A DNA stretch of 64,000 bases. It comes from the human T2T-CHM13v2.0 reference genome, Homo sapiens. The position numbers were made by a program, and so were the translations under genes. The notes beneath the pieces are model-generated. The model was not told the DNA's origin, did no database searches, and saw only the letters and a program-made list of their open reading frames with translations. This document shows positions 29,801 through 44,379 of this stretch, in pieces (the stretch's first letter is position 1; every line of letters begins with the position of its first letter). The stretch is from NCBI RefSeq assembly GCF_009914755.1, contig NC_060930.1; one strand, given 5' to 3'.

Positions 29801-30129
29801 ATAGCATAGCATTTGAGGGAGTAGAGATCCAAAAAATATTCAGCACTGAAGATGGACAAGTAAACTTTATTATAAAAGCCACATGATTCCCACCTGTTCC
29901 ACTCTCCTTGAGTTCTTGTCACTTAGCTGTTCCTGCCTTCTCACCAAGTGAGCCTGAGGCTCCACCCTTCCTCCTTTACTCATCCTACGAGTGAGTTCTG
30001 GGTCTGTATCTAGGCTTCTTGTCAATCAGTTTTCCTTGTATAACTTTACCAATTCCCTGATCACTGAGTTAATCTCTGTGGAGACTAAGCATCACTCCAC
30101 CCAATGAAGCTTACATCTCCCTCTAGATT

Positions 30130-30548
30130 ACTCTAGGTTTGTTCTTCCCATCTGGAAAGTTACGTCCTTTCCTCTTCATTTATCTTATCACTTATTAGTT
30201 GTAGCATCCTTTGAAATATCTCTGTTAACAGGGTACTCTTCCAACTCTCATATCTGTTGCATCATATTCATACTGCATAATGAACACTTTTATTTGATAT
30301 CCCAGATACTCCTTTGGCTTTCTTTCACCTTATTCAAATTTTTACTCACCTGTTGGCCCTTTCCCAAAATCTTACTTTAAATTTGCAACACTAAACTTCT
30401 GTCCTTACATTGCTTTATTTTTCTCTCTAGCATTTTGCATCATGCATGTCCCCGAACAAACAAACAAACAAAAAAACTCCTCTAAACCAAAAATAATACC
30501 TAGCACATAATGGCTACTCAGTAAATATTTAATAAATGAATAAGTGAA
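30130..30548 (+). mobile_element. L2 3' fragment
   Basis: Ends cctagcacataatggctactcagtaaatatttaataaatgaataagtgaa. Confidence 0.6.
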
Positions 30549-33500
30549 TATTAAAAATTCTTAATTTTATGCACTGCACAACATAATTTATAATTTTGTG
30601 TGTTTTCATTGCTAATGTTTTTATTTGTGTATATGTTGTAGTTAAATAAACTTTATTATTAATTCATTTATTGGGTGTGTTTTCTGGATTACTTGACTCC
30701 ACATATTGCTGTTTTTGGTAATCTTTTCCTTTAAAGTATATTTAACAATACATCTATTAATTATAAGATATAAATTATATAATCTAAAATTCACTTTTTT
30801 TCAATTTGTTAACTCCAGTGGAGACTATAACAATGAAAAGCACATTCTTTGCCTACATGGGAATAGAGGTGATTTGAAGAAAATCCGAAAAAGTATTTAA
30901 ATCAATGATATGCTTGAAATCATAAGGGTGAAAGTATTCAGAAAAAACTAATACTAATGTGATATATGATTATATAATCAGAAGTGGAATCTTAGAGAAC
31001 TTATAGGTGGCCTATAAGTAAAGATATATATGATATAATGTTGAAAATAATAAAACCATAATCATATAATTTTTATGAGCTATTTTTTAGCCTCATTGTT
31101 GTTTTTTGTTTCTCCTCTCCAAATTTTGCTGGAATATATACTTCTGTTGTTTCACTAAGTACCTTCTTGATTATATATTTACTGCCTAAAACCATTTAAA
31201 TAATGCTATTTATCACATAATTAAAATTCCTACTTCTCATTGGAAAGCAAAATTAAATTTTAACAATTCCAAATAATCAGTATATATTAAACAACTTGGG
31301 ATTAGTCTAGTCATACAGAGGCTGGAAAAAAATAGTTGAGAACCAAGAAGAATTTCTTAGTTTCTTAGATATCTCAAAATCCTTATATAAATGAACAGTT
31401 TGGTGTAGAACAAAATAGGGTTAAAATTCTCAGTATGACCACAAGTATTTCTGTAGCCTTCTTAAAAGAAAAGTATGCATTGATATATGCTATCATGGCA
31501 AATATTCTTAGTAGCCCCTGTATCTTTAAATCGCACTGATAGTTTTAATTTAAATTAAATTCATTGTTATCAGTCCCTGCAGATGTGTGAAAAGTTTACT
31601 GTCTCAGTGACATCATAAAGTGAAACTGAATAATACAACAATAAAAATGAAGGCAGGTTAATTAAAATGAAAGCCATGAAGCCTTCTTTAGGAAAGACAT
31701 CCTATTTCATATTGTAAGTCAAATCCTCCCCTTTCCTTCTTTCTTTGCATGTCCAAATTCTAACACTTACAATTCGAAATAAAATTTTACAATAAATTAA
31801 GTAAAGACTTGTATGTCAAAACATACCAATGTATGTGGGAATTTTTTAAAAATGCCATCTATCTTTTTTTTTCAGTTTTAAGAAAGTGCATTTAAATCAT
31901 TCCAAACAGTACGTTACGAAGGCAAGCAATCAGCCCAGCCAAGCTGAAAAGAGGAATGAATTTTCCTGAGAAATAAAAGGAGAAGAACAGACAAAATGAA
32001 ATATTTTGTGCTATTTAAATTGCAAATGCAGTTGTTTTTTTTACCAATGTCTCCAATGCCATATTGGCAGCTTCAAATAAATGATGAACGTAGCATCTTT
32101 TTCTCCTCACTGTTATCAACAGTTTAGACAGTGCGATTAATTTCTCCTAGGTACATGAGGAATTTTTTTCCCTTCAAAATTTTGGCAGTTTTTTTTTGTT
32201 ATGTTCAGAGTTTCCATAAGCTTGGCAGTAAATCTGATAATTTCATAAAAACATAGTGTCCATAGGGGAGAAAAAGGCAAGATTAGGACCAGAAGAATAA
32301 TGACTTTTTGTAAAGAATTCATAAACCTTTTTTTCTACTATTTCCTTCATTTTATGCTGAAAAGTTAGAGCTTGTATTTAGGATTTCAGCTTCTCAAAAA
32401 AATGATTTGAAAACACCATATGTTTTTGAAATGACCTCTAAAATCAACTGCTGCTAAATATTTGCAGGGTATTTATAATCTGAATCCATTTATATTTAGC
32501 CCTTTCGACTACAATAGGAGCCTCTTTTTCAGTTATTCTCAAGCACAATATGCCATAATTATGCCCTGTGTTGTCATTTGAACTTACTAACTGGTATATT
32601 CTTGGAGATGAGTTTGGCCAAACCTATTTCCAGATTTCCAATAGGTAAATAAAATTATTATTAGTGTCTACATAAGAGGATGACACTTTTCATTCTTGCT
32701 TCACTGTCTATCTTCTTGCTAGGGAAAGATACTCCTTGGAGAAAGCCCCTCCACTGCACCTACTCACAGCCCTTGGGAGAAATCCCAACAGGCACTGCTC
32801 AGACCCTAGAGCCTTGTTGGCCCTGGTGTCTGGGGAGACTTTTTCAGGGAGAGAGAGACTTCTTTTTTCTTCCATAAAATCCCAATATTAAAAACCTAGA
32901 ATAAAACATAACGTTTCTTTCTCCTCATGACTCCCCACATAGGAGCAGCTGGAGCTGGACTGTTGAGGTCTAAGAAAGCCCACAGCAAGCAGCCTGTGCT
33001 GGTTAATCCAGAGATGGCAGAGTAGATGTTTTCTGTCTGGCTCTGACCAGGGCCTCTGTCTTCTAGATCTAGTGGATTGTGACTTCCAAGATTTAGGATG
33101 GGGCTTCTGAGCAAAAGGAAGTGCAATTTAACAGATTTCACTAATAATGAAGTGTCACCTTGTTTTCCTTTGTCTCTGTGTGTTTTCCCTAAGAGAACTT
33201 CTGGGATGACTGGGTGGCGGCCCCAAACCAGGAATCTAGTATGTGTTGGGGCGCCACAGGAAATGCCTCCCAATTTTAGACACTCTCTGGAAAAAATTAC
33301 ATTTGACTTGTTTTGTAAGAGTTTATTAAGAATATTTGTCTAGGGTGTATTTTCACCACTCTTTTGATATATGCTCCTTTCTACCCATGTAATTATCCCA
33401 ATATTTTTAGGACAAGACTAAATATAAGCTAAAATATAATTATAAGCAATAAAATGTTTTCCAGAAATTTTTAACTGAAGAAGAGATCTATAATTTTTAC

Positions 33501-33769
33501 TAATTTTTCAAGCCTCAATCAAAATTTATCTTCTTCATGTAAATCTTCTATGACTGGCCTGCCTTGAGTAGTCTCTATCCTCTGTTGTCTTATAATAACT
33601 TTTAAAAGATCAATTCCTTTGGTAATGAATTGTGTGTACCTTGTGATATTTCTTCATTTTATGTGTCACCTGTTGTTTTGAAATTATCATTTTCTTTGTG
33701 TTTCTAAAATGTACCCAAATATATTGTGAGACTTTGGAGGGCACTGATTTTTAAAAATTCCTTGATATT

Positions 33770-33930
33770 AATAATAATAGTTAAGTGTATTGCACTCTGA
33801 CTACATGACAGATACTGCTCTGTTTTACACATTGGTCCTCACCACAAATTTGAGGTTAGTACCATTATCTTCACCTTTTTATGGATGTGAAAGTAAAAAC
33901 TAGTAAGTGTTTGAGTTGTATTACTCTCAG
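33770..33930 (-). mobile_element. MIR fragment (a probable L2 remnant lies at ~33500-33760)
   Basis: cctcaccacaaatttgaggttagtaccattatcttcacctttttatggatg. Confidence 0.6.
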
Positions 33931-34819
33931 CCCCTAATATTTTGCCCAGAAAACAATGAATATTTTTATAAAAAGGAAATAATGAATTTGAACCCTTTGA
34001 GAAAATGATAAGTCCCACAGTCTCCCCAAAACATGACACTAATTAGTTTGCAATCCAAGGAGAGTTTGTATTTCTACCCTTTTGTGAAAAAGAAAACCAT
34101 GTGTGTCTAAACCAGACATAAATACAGAACATTAGAGCTGAAGGAAATAGACATTTTCTAGTTATTAGCTCCTTTTCATTTTCCCAACATCACAGAACCA
34201 TTGGGAGGAGAGGCAGGATGCTGGTCCACAGCCCTATCAATTTAGTCTAAGTTGAATTCCCAAGAAATATTTTTATTGTGTTATCCTACCAGGACAGGCC
34301 GTTAGTAAATGAATTTGTGGAAAAAAAAAGTTTTCCTCACAATAGGCTTAGTAGCAAGGCTTTAACAAGATTTGCTGAGTACTCCATGTGCAATAGATGT
34401 AAGAAGGTCAAGAAAACAGATTTTATTTCATCAATTCTTTGGTCTCCATGTGGTAACCTTTCCAAAACTTTTTAGAGCAATTTCTTAACACCATTTATTG
34501 AATTTAGATATAATAAAATCTCACAGAGCCTTGTATTATTTTTCTTTACGATGAAATCCAAGATCCTCTCTGATTAGCATGGGTTTCTAAAGCCTAATTC
34601 AAATAAAGGTAGGGTATACAGTTCTTGACATTTCAATATGATTTTTTCTTCATTTTCCAGTCATTTATCAAAAATACTTTCAATTTTAATTATATTCTTT
34701 CAATATATATTTGATTTTGTGATTACATGTACTGATGAGTCTAAAAGTAAGCTGTTTTCAGGAACTATTGGGTAAACATTGAAATCTTTTTTTGACCCTA
34801 TTACCTCTAACTGGCCATT

Positions 34820-35010
34820 AATTCATCCATTCATTCAATTGGCAAATATTCATTATGAGAATCTTATTTAATCTTATATAATCATGGTACCAGGATGTAA
34901 AGATACTTTGCCAAGTAAAACAAACATGTACCTTGCTGTAAGTCTAGTGAGCAAGCCAGACATTACTGGAGAAATTACAATAGATAAATTGTAACTGCAA
35001 TGAGTTCTAT
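34820..35010 (-). mobile_element. L2 3' end fragment
   Basis: attcatccattcattcaattggcaaatatt...gtctagtgagcaagccagaca. Confidence 0.6.
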
Positions 35011-36347
35011 AATATAATTTCGTGTATGACTTATCCCAGAATTTTGCATGAACACCAACTCATTAATTTGTTTTGGATTTTAAAAATTTTTCTTAAAAAT
35101 ACCCCAACTGAATTCACTTATATAAATAAAGCATAAAAATGAATTTGAATGCTGTTAAATTTCTAAAATAAACATAACTATTTTTAAATTCAGATGGCAA
35201 AAATATCTGAACAATAAATTTCACTATAATATTGTAATGAAAATAAGTTTACATAATATTACATTATGTTTATAGAAAGAACACAATGATCAAATAATTT
35301 AGAATATTTTCTGTAATATTATATAAAACATTTCTTGAAAAGATTGAAAAATGTGTGTCATGTTACCGAGAATTTGAGAAATCGTCAATTACATAAATAA
35401 AAATGAGAAAATGTAAATAATTTATTTTAGAAACTCAGATATAAAGGTTACTTATAATATTTTTATTTTTAGTTTCAGAATATTTATGAATGTGTAAATG
35501 ATAACCAGCCAATAGCCAGGTTAATCACATCACATTGTTTTAGTATAATGTTCTCAAGCAGGAGTGATGTTAAAAAGAAGAACAACAAGAAAACGTAGTG
35601 TGGAGTCCAGTCCAGTATTCAAACACAAATAATTACAGAGCTATTCAAATTGTAGGAAATGTTCAATGTATATTTGAATTACAAAATTGAAGTGGGTGTC
35701 TTTTTACAAATGTCCATTAATGCTAATAAGGAAAGAAGTACAGAGTACTGGGGCGCCACTAATCAGGCATTGTCAATGTTGGGTCAAAAGAACTAAGTGA
35801 TAAAGGCAAATTTTATACACTTAGTAGTAATTAGGAGATTATTATGTATGATTTTATCTTAATTGGTTTTGAGAATTAATTGGGTGGTAACAAAAGCTGG
35901 CAAAAATCTTTTCATTTGAGTAGAACAATTAAAAACCCCAAAAGGCTTGGAGCTGATGATAACCACTCTACTGGATTAACTCCTATCTATAAAATCAGAA
36001 GCGATTTATTATTTATCTGAAAATTAAGTTAATGTCAATGACTAATGTATATTACTTAGTTGAGTACATTTCAACTTTTTAAAGCATGTTTCTTTAGATA
36101 AGGTCAAGTCTGTATAAATAACTGATATAATAGTAAGCAATTTCTATGACTACATTTTTCTCATTTAGATCAAAACTGAAAATATATATAATTAAAGTAA
36201 CAAGACATAGTATTTATTACTCTCTAAGAGCTAAACTGCGGTTTTTTTTTTGGTTTTTATTTTTGAATTTTTGTTGTTTTTTGTTTCTGTTTGGTTTATC
36301 TGTCTGATTTGCCACGCTAAAAATTTATATTGGGCTTAAATTACAAA

Positions 36348-36795
36348 TAAGGAAAAAAATTCCAGCCATATACAATAACATGGGTGAACCTGGAGTACAT
36401 TATGTTAACATGAAATAAGCCAGGCACAGAAAGACAAATACTGCATAATCTCACTCATATGTGGTATCTAAAAAAGTAGAACAGAGAAGTGGAGAATAGA
36501 ATGGTGATTTCCAAGAACTGGAGGAGTAGCAAGGTAGGGAGGACGGAGGAGATGTTAGTCAAAGCATACAAAATTTCAATTAGGATGAAAAAGTTCAAGA
36601 GATCTATCATACAATATGGTGACTACTGTTAATAACAATTTATACTTGAAAATTGCTAAAAGATTAGATTTTAAGTGTTCTCATTTCAAATAAATATATG
36701 AGGCAATTCATATATTAATTAGCTTGATTTAGCCATTTTCACACTGTGTACATCATGTTGTACACCATAAATACACACTTTTTTTGTCAATAAGA
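36348..36795 (+). mobile_element. L1MA (about MA7-9) 3' end
   Basis: tgaaataagccaggcacagaaagacaaatactgcataatctcactcatatgtgg; gcttgatttagccatt. Confidence 0.9.
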
Positions 36796-38261
36796 AAGAG
36801 AGAGGCAGGGAGGGAGGAAGAGAGGGAGGCAGGGAAAGAAAAGCCCTTATTTCTGGATTTCTATGTCTTGATAAGGTCAAAATTATCTCAGCCTTTCTTA
36901 AGATTAATTTCTTAAAATTTCAACTTATCTTTTAACATAGTGGTTCAAACTAAGAAAGATGAATCTAGCCTTGATATTTATTATAAGTAAAATATTTTGG
37001 AATAAACCCTAGTTTGTCAGCAATTAAGGGGATTGAGTTCACTGTCAAGCAAATATACATAAAGACTGATCATTTATTTTTAGAATCCTAGAATGCTAAA
37101 TTAAATTATGGCTGAAGAAAAATATTTAGTCACAAATGACACACATGTATTTATAATACTGCTGCAATGATATGATTTTCTAGTGTTATGCTTAACTGGT
37201 TAATATTCAGCAGGAACCATTTGTTCTTCTCCCAGTATTTATTAATGAATTCCTTATCAGATATTACAAAATCATTTGCCTACATTTTATCTTCTTATGT
37301 TTAAAAAGGAGGGGCAATGTTTTTGTATGTTACCAGATTGTTAAGCAGATTAGTTAGAACAAATGTCAAATACTTTTGGTACTTACATAAATGAAATGAA
37401 AGGATTAGTCCAGAATTTTTTGTTAATACCCAATGTGGATTCTGTTTCCCATAAAGATGTGGAATAAAAGCATCAAGATATTTTAAAGTGAAAAATGTTT
37501 GGTTTAAATTGAGTGTAGATTTATCCACCTTTAAAATAGGTTTCCAAAACTGTTTTATACATGATTAACATTCCTCAATTATATTTGTGACAAAGTAATT
37601 ATTCAGGTAAGTAAACACATACTCACACTAACAAAATACTGAGATCCAGTGCAAATTTAGAATATATCTAAGCAGATGGAAATAAAGCAAGAGAAAAAGC
37701 AAGTGGAATAAAATATCAGAAAGTTTATTATCTCAATAAGAAATGCTGGGTTTTGTGTTTTGAAACCTGTTCCAAAATGGTAAGCTTTCTTTGTATTCAC
37801 CAAGCATGTTTGTTTTCACATTTTCATAGTCATTCAACAGTCTTTGACAAGCTCTTTGTGGCTAAGGAAATTTAAAACTACTACTTTGAAATTCTCTGAA
37901 CAACTCACAGATACCATCAAAATATACTGCTATAGTATCAAGCAATGTTGAAGAATTATGCCTTTAAAGTTTTGCCAAGAAACCTAGCAAGCTTCTTTCT
38001 TTCTTTCATTATTGAGCAGAGTTCTACACTGCCTGCCTTTGGGCTAGGCAGTTCCAAAGATATTTCTCACGTAACAGCTTACTGCAAAAGTTTTAGACCA
38101 GAAAAAGACTTATTTCTCTCACTCCAAGGGAGCAACATGATGTAAACAGAAAAAAAACAATATGCAAAAGCAGAAGAACTGTCTCAGCAAATCATGGAAA
38201 CTTCCTAGAATTTGGTATTTTTATTCAGAAAATGATGGGCGTGTCATTGCTGGTGTCTCAC

Positions 38262-38657
38262 TGATACGGTTTTTCTGTGTCCCCACCCAAAATCTCATAT
38301 TGAATTGTAATCTGGATTATAATCCCCCACATACTGGGGAAGCGGCCTCATAGGAAGTGGTTAGATCACGGGGGTGGTCCCACTATTCTTTTCTCATGAT
38401 AGTGAGTGACTTCTCATGAAATCTGATGGTTTTGTAGGGGGCTTTACCCCTGCTTCACTCAGCGCTTCTCTCTCCTGCTGCTATGAAGGACATAAAGAAG
38501 GACATGTTTGCTTCCCCTTCCGCCATGATTGTAAGTTTCCTGAGGCCTCCCCAGCCATGTAGAACTGTGAGCCAATTAAACTCCCTCCCTTTTTATTTTT
38601 AATAAGTTACCCAGTCTCAGGCAGTTCTTTATAGCAGTGTGAGAATGGAATAATACA
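38262..38657 (+). mobile_element. THE1C/D solo LTR
   Basis: tgatacgg...taataca; TSD ctcac/ctcat; donor ATT|GTAAGT at 38530/38531. Confidence 0.93.
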
Positions 38658-39461
38658 CTCATTTAGCACTCAAATATGAGTTGGCTATGCTTCCAGTCAG
38701 TTAATTGTCCAGCTCTTATTATAAAGAGTGTAACTAAAATTGAATTATATTTCACATTACACAACCTTACTCTAAGCTGAAGAATCTGCTAAAAATAATA
38801 CATTATGTGTGGCCAGGAAATAAGGGAGGGAAGAGAGGAAGGTCAAAGGAGAAAAGAGTGGGAAGAAAGAAGCAGAGAGATGTTTTGTTTCTTTTGTTTG
38901 TTGTTGATGGTGTTGCATTGTTTCCTTAAAGGCAGGTGTTGAAATTATTTTTTTTGCCCTCTTAGAGATTCATCTAAAGGCAGTGGGTAATATCCAGCGG
39001 CTTCTTGACATCTTCAGTTGCTCAGGTACTGCAAACAAAGAATTACTCTATATAGATATGGTCCCATTCCAGTGCTTTTCCTGTTAATGACACCACTACC
39101 CAGAAACTTTGAAAGCCAAAAACTTCTCCTTCAGTTTGCAAATTTCATGCCTCACTAAGTATTGACTGTTTTATCTGCTGAAATCACAGAACTCTGTCCA
39201 CTGCTGTCATTTCCATCTACTAATAATTTCTTTGTTGGAGGCTATAATGGCCTCTTAAGTGGCATACTTACATAAAGTTTGCCTTTCTCCTACCAAACTG
39301 TCTCCATTCTATAGCCATGGAGTTCTTCTTAAAATGCATATCAATCATACCATTATTCACCTCAACATTGAAGAAACCATGACTTCTCACTGCTCTTAGG
39401 ATAAAATCAAATCCCAAACACATTTCATGTGTGCTTGTTTTGACAGCACATACATGAAACA

Positions 39462-39652
39462 CATTTCACTAGATCGTTCTGCAATAATGGAAATGTTCTG
39501 GAAACTTTCCAATATGGTAGCCACTAGCCAAATGTGGATCATGAGCACTTGAAAGATGGCTAGTTTAACCAAGGAGTTAAATTCCTAAATCTGTTTAAAT
39601 TAAATTCAAATGTAAATAACCACACAGGCCAGTGGCTGCTGTGTTAGTGTAG
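39462..39652. mobile_element. MER3 hAT-Charlie MITE
   Basis: tctgcaataatggaaatgttct...tccaatatggtagccactagcca...gagcacttgaaa. Confidence 0.85.
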
Positions 39653-39729
39653 CTCAAAATAAGGCCCACTAGATCCCACATTGTCTCTTCCTACCTGTTC
39701 TCCAGTGTCTTCCTATAAAGCCTCTACCT

Positions 39730-40051
<322 letters not shown>

Positions 40052-41319
40052 TCATTTTGGTCCCAGCCACCTCAAAAAACGCTCTTTGATAGAAAAACTT
40101 TTCTCACCCTTTTTCTTTCCTAGTTAACACCTACTCATCCTTCAGGGAATCCAATAAAAAAGTCATTTCCTTAGGAAAGCCTTCCTTGACCACATGATGT
40201 TTTAATTTTAAATGTTCTCATAAGCACTGTCTACCTCGTCTTCATTGTCCTTGCCATAGATGCAGTCTTACATTTATATATGGGCTTATTTGATAAAACT
40301 AGATTGTAAGATCAATAAGGGCATAAATGATTGTTGCCTAGCAATTACTCTAGTGTTTAGCACATAGTAAGTACTCCATAAATATCAGTTGCATGAAGGA
40401 GCGATTCTTTAACTTTTATTATTCTGCCACTCAGTAGTCTCAATTTAATTTGAATTTTTCTGGTAATTTTTTTTGGCAAATCTTTGTGTAAGTATTAAGC
40501 ATGCAAAATGGCAGCTATGGAAAGCTTATCCAATTGCCAGTCTCTTCTCAGATCAACAAGGGAATGGAACTGGAAATCTTCCTTGGTATTTAGTGATAGG
40601 GCAATCATTCACTAACACCCAAGCTAAAAGCTCAAACAGTGATTATTATTAGTATCCAAATTGCCCGTAACAGCCTAAGCTACCTTCAAGCTGACGAAGT
40701 AGTGAAAATGTCTTTCATAACTTTCACCAACAACCTGAGGTGCACAAATCCCTCTGCCCTTTTTATCTTAACCAAATCCCTTGTCAAGTCATTGGTCCCT
40801 GTAACTGGCATTTTAATCTCCTTGTGTGGTTCTGCTTGTCCCATTTCACACTTGTTATCAGCACACTCTTCTGCAGCTTAATGCCTTCAGAGTCATGCAT
40901 AGTTCTATTGACACTTAGATTCTTAAACTCCTTTTTAAGGATCTTTAAGATTCAATTTTTTTGCCATAGCAACTGGTTAAATCCTAATTCTGTGACTGTA
41001 CTTTGCACTTTTGAGGGGACAGATTTATAGGGCAATCTGTGCATTCATCCAGCTTGCCCCCACACCTTGAAGACTAGAAAAATCATCTCTCTGAATTCTC
41101 TGAAGGACATGTAATACTGAAGAGTATACTCTGCATCTAGATGTCTGTCCACACAAAATGGCTCAATAATCTATGCATTTTAACTGCATAAAACATTAAA
41201 GACTGTTCAATTTACTTCACATGAATTCCCTTTAGTCAGTCAAATGACATGTATGTGAAAGTATGCTGGGAATGTTCACCTTTGACCCCTCTCAATGTAA
41301 CATGGGTTATATAGGTGCA

Positions 41320-41520
41320 TCATAGTATGGGGCTAGAAATATAGATTTCAAAACCATGATGCACTGAGCCTCACATAATATCTTTGACATTATCTAACAC
41401 TATGAATCTCATTCTATAATTATCATAGGAAAATCATAATAATACCTATCTACTTCTTACTAATATGAAATGAATGAATGTAGCATGAGTGCCTATGATA
41501 CATTTGGTAAATATTCTATT
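41320..41520 (+). mobile_element. Degenerate MIR
   Basis: ataataatacctatctacttc...tgatacatttggtaaatattc. Confidence 0.5.
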
Positions 41521-43369
41521 CTTTCTTTTCCTATTCTCTCTTACTGCTAATATTTGACAAGGTCTTTCCTCCAAGAATTCTTGAGGCTGTCCATACAGGC
41601 TCAGGTCCATCATGCCCAACTGAAAACGATTACTTAGTTCTTTAGTATCTTCAGCCCCCCAACTCTTATCATCCATAATTATTTTTGCTGGATTAAGTCC
41701 AAGTACCCAGCACGGCTGGACCTCTTACTTCAGGTATTCTAGAGTTTTACCATGCAGTCTTTAGGGTATTTATGAAAGATTAACTCTAATTATTCTGCTT
41801 TATTTTGTCTATCATTCCAATTCTCTGCTGCTGTTGGAGCACCAACATTGATGTGATCAGAACCATGGCCAGCTCTTTCTATCCCTTTGTCTTACTTCTT
41901 TATCTCCAAAAATGGGTTTTATTTCTAGTGGATGGGTGGCTTGGTTCTCACTGCTGCCCTCCATTTAATTTGAAGACTGGAGTGCCATTTTTAATTCTTC
42001 TACCATATAACATCTTTGTGAATACCAACACAGGATGAACCACACCTAAATTTGCCACTGTGAACTAGAGTGTCTGGCCACCATAGCTGATTCATAATCT
42101 TCTCTTTCAGTATTCTCCTTTTCTCCCCTCTTGCAAAGCCTTGTATTTCTGGGGTCAGTGCCTGTTTCTCCAGCCTAATAGAAGTATCCTGTTAGGATAA
42201 AATACTTTATGCAACCAAGACTAAGAGAAATTTGGAGAAAATAAATTCTAGTTGAGAAAATCTGAGAAGCTGTTTTCCAGTAAAATATAAACATTGGCCA
42301 TTATATAGATGAAATCATAATAAAAATAGAAGAAAGATGTTCTAGCAATAATTATTGATATTTAACTTTTAAAACTAAGAAAAATAAATTAACCTGGTTG
42401 CTAATCTTATAAAAGAAACTAAAATTGCATGGTCCCCACTCACCCACAAACCCTACACTCAGCTCACTAATTCTCTGGAGTCAATGGCCAAGTTTCTTAT
42501 AGTCCATGTTAACCTACTGACATTTGAACAATTGACCTGGAAAATTTGAAGAACATAAGTCTAATAGCTTTTTCAGGTAAAATGTCTGTCATCTGTGGTG
42601 GTGGGCAACACACATTTGACAGCAGGTTTCTGTCAGCCTGGCTGACTCCAGATTTCTTGAAGTGCTAAGGGAATAGCTCAAAATGTAAGATGGAAGCTCC
42701 CAATCAGGTCTGTGTTCCCTGGATTTCTCCAGCTCTCCATTTAAATTCTTGATCCTTAAAACAATACATTTTAAAATCTGTTCTTGCTTCCACCTGCATT
42801 CAAATGTTTTGTCTTTCAGACGATCACTTTCATTATTCTCCATTTGTAGACTCCAAGAAGTGCCTAGTATTTTTGGCCCTTTTCAGTCAACTCAGAAACA
42901 AAAAGACAAATGCTGATGTTTATCTGTTTCTAGTTGATTTGGCCAATTCTCATTAGAATCTCAAAAGAGGTGTAATATACTTATCCTTAGGTCAAGTTTC
43001 ATGGCAATAATTTCAACAATAAGCAGAATTGACATTGCACTCCCAAATTTTTATTCTAAGGACTTTTCAAAGTTAAACTTTGATGAGAAAAATACAGAGA
43101 GTAAAATATATTTTATTATAAATTCTGAGGCATTGTTATTTCTAACAATGTAAATATACTATTCAATGTAACCAAACAACCTAATTAGAAGTTTAACTTT
43201 CAAAAGTACCCCATTTATTCTCATAAATTCAAATTCACCTTTGAAAAAACAACTGTGATTAAGAAGGACAAATAATTTCAAATAAATAAAAACCCAGAAG
43301 TAAACATTATAACCCAATACATTTTTTCCTCTATGAATGTGTATGTATGTTCCCCCAAATTCAGATTGT

Positions 43370-43770
43370 ACAGAGTGTTGTTGATTTCTTTTTGCTCATT
43401 ATCTGCTTTGTTTCATGGCAAACAATTCTCCATGATGTAAAGAATTTTTTAAAATTCTGTCTTTAATGAATGAATTATATTTTCTTTTATGGTGGTGGCA
43501 CTGTATGCATTTCTCCTTATATATATTTAGGTTATTTTTTATACATACTCCTCACTCTAAGAAAAAAGATGCAGTGGAAATCCTATATAAATTTTCTTCC
43601 AAATTGCTAATTATTTCCTTGAGGTAGATTTTCCAAATTAGGAATACTGATGGAAATGGTGTTAATACTGTCAATTCCTTTTTTATTTTTATTTTTGACA
43701 CATTATATTCAAATAGCAATCTAATCACATGTGGTCCAAGAACATTCAGATAACAAATCAATTATAATCA
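43370..43770 (-). mobile_element. Old L1ME 3' fragment
   Basis: attatttccttgaggtagattttccaaattaggaatactg. Confidence 0.5.
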
Positions 43771-44046
43771 GATGTTAAAGATTGGGCTTCAAGCATTATA
43801 GCCAATAATACCATGTTTGTCTATGAGCTCTCTGAGATAAAATCATATCCACCCTTTGGTGATCCCCAAACCATGCAGCACAGCTTCCTTACCTGTGAGC
43901 TGTTTGAAGCTACCAGTTTGAGCACTATTGACTGTTGGTTTTGTTTTGTTTTCAGGCTCTGAATAGCTGTAGGGATCTCAGCAGAGGTTGGAGAAACCAG
44001 CTCAACCTTGATGTAGTGCCAAATTGTGGCCAATTGATACTTCAAT

Positions 44047-44197
44047 TGGGGGATGAGGCTAGAGGATCACATAAGCCCAGGAGGTTGAGGCTGCACTGAG
44101 TCATGATTGTGCCACTGCACTCCAGCCTGGGTACAGAGCCAGAAGCTGTCTCACAAAAAAAAAAAAAAAAAAAAAGAGAGAGAGAGAGAAAGAGAGC
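44047..44197 (+). mobile_element. AluJ right-arm / FRAM fragment with A-tail and (GA)n
   Basis: gcccaggaggttgaggctgca...ccactgcactccagcctggg followed by poly-A. Confidence 0.9.
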
Positions 44198-44379
44198 AAG
44201 ACAAGGGAAAAAAAAGGATATAAAGACAAGCTTCATCAGAGTTCACTAGCCTGACACCATATTGAACCAGAAGCTCCAGTGCTGATTTAATATTGCATTC
44301 TCAGACTACTTTTATTCACTTTTTAAAAAATCTAAATGGACTTTTAGACCTCTTAAATATGTGTATTGACAATAAACCT

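Noticed and set aside
33007-33020. CTCF-like tccagagatggcag
   Set aside because: Only the 3' part matches the core; the 5' CCAS-Y positions are out of register
37540-37606. Perfect donors CAG|GTAAGT (+, 37606) and CAG|GTGAGT (-, 30350), and AG|GT recursive-splice-like sites (~23804, ~42576)
   Set aside because: Partner acceptors or pyrimidine tracts are weak or repeat-derived; isolated consensus donors are common
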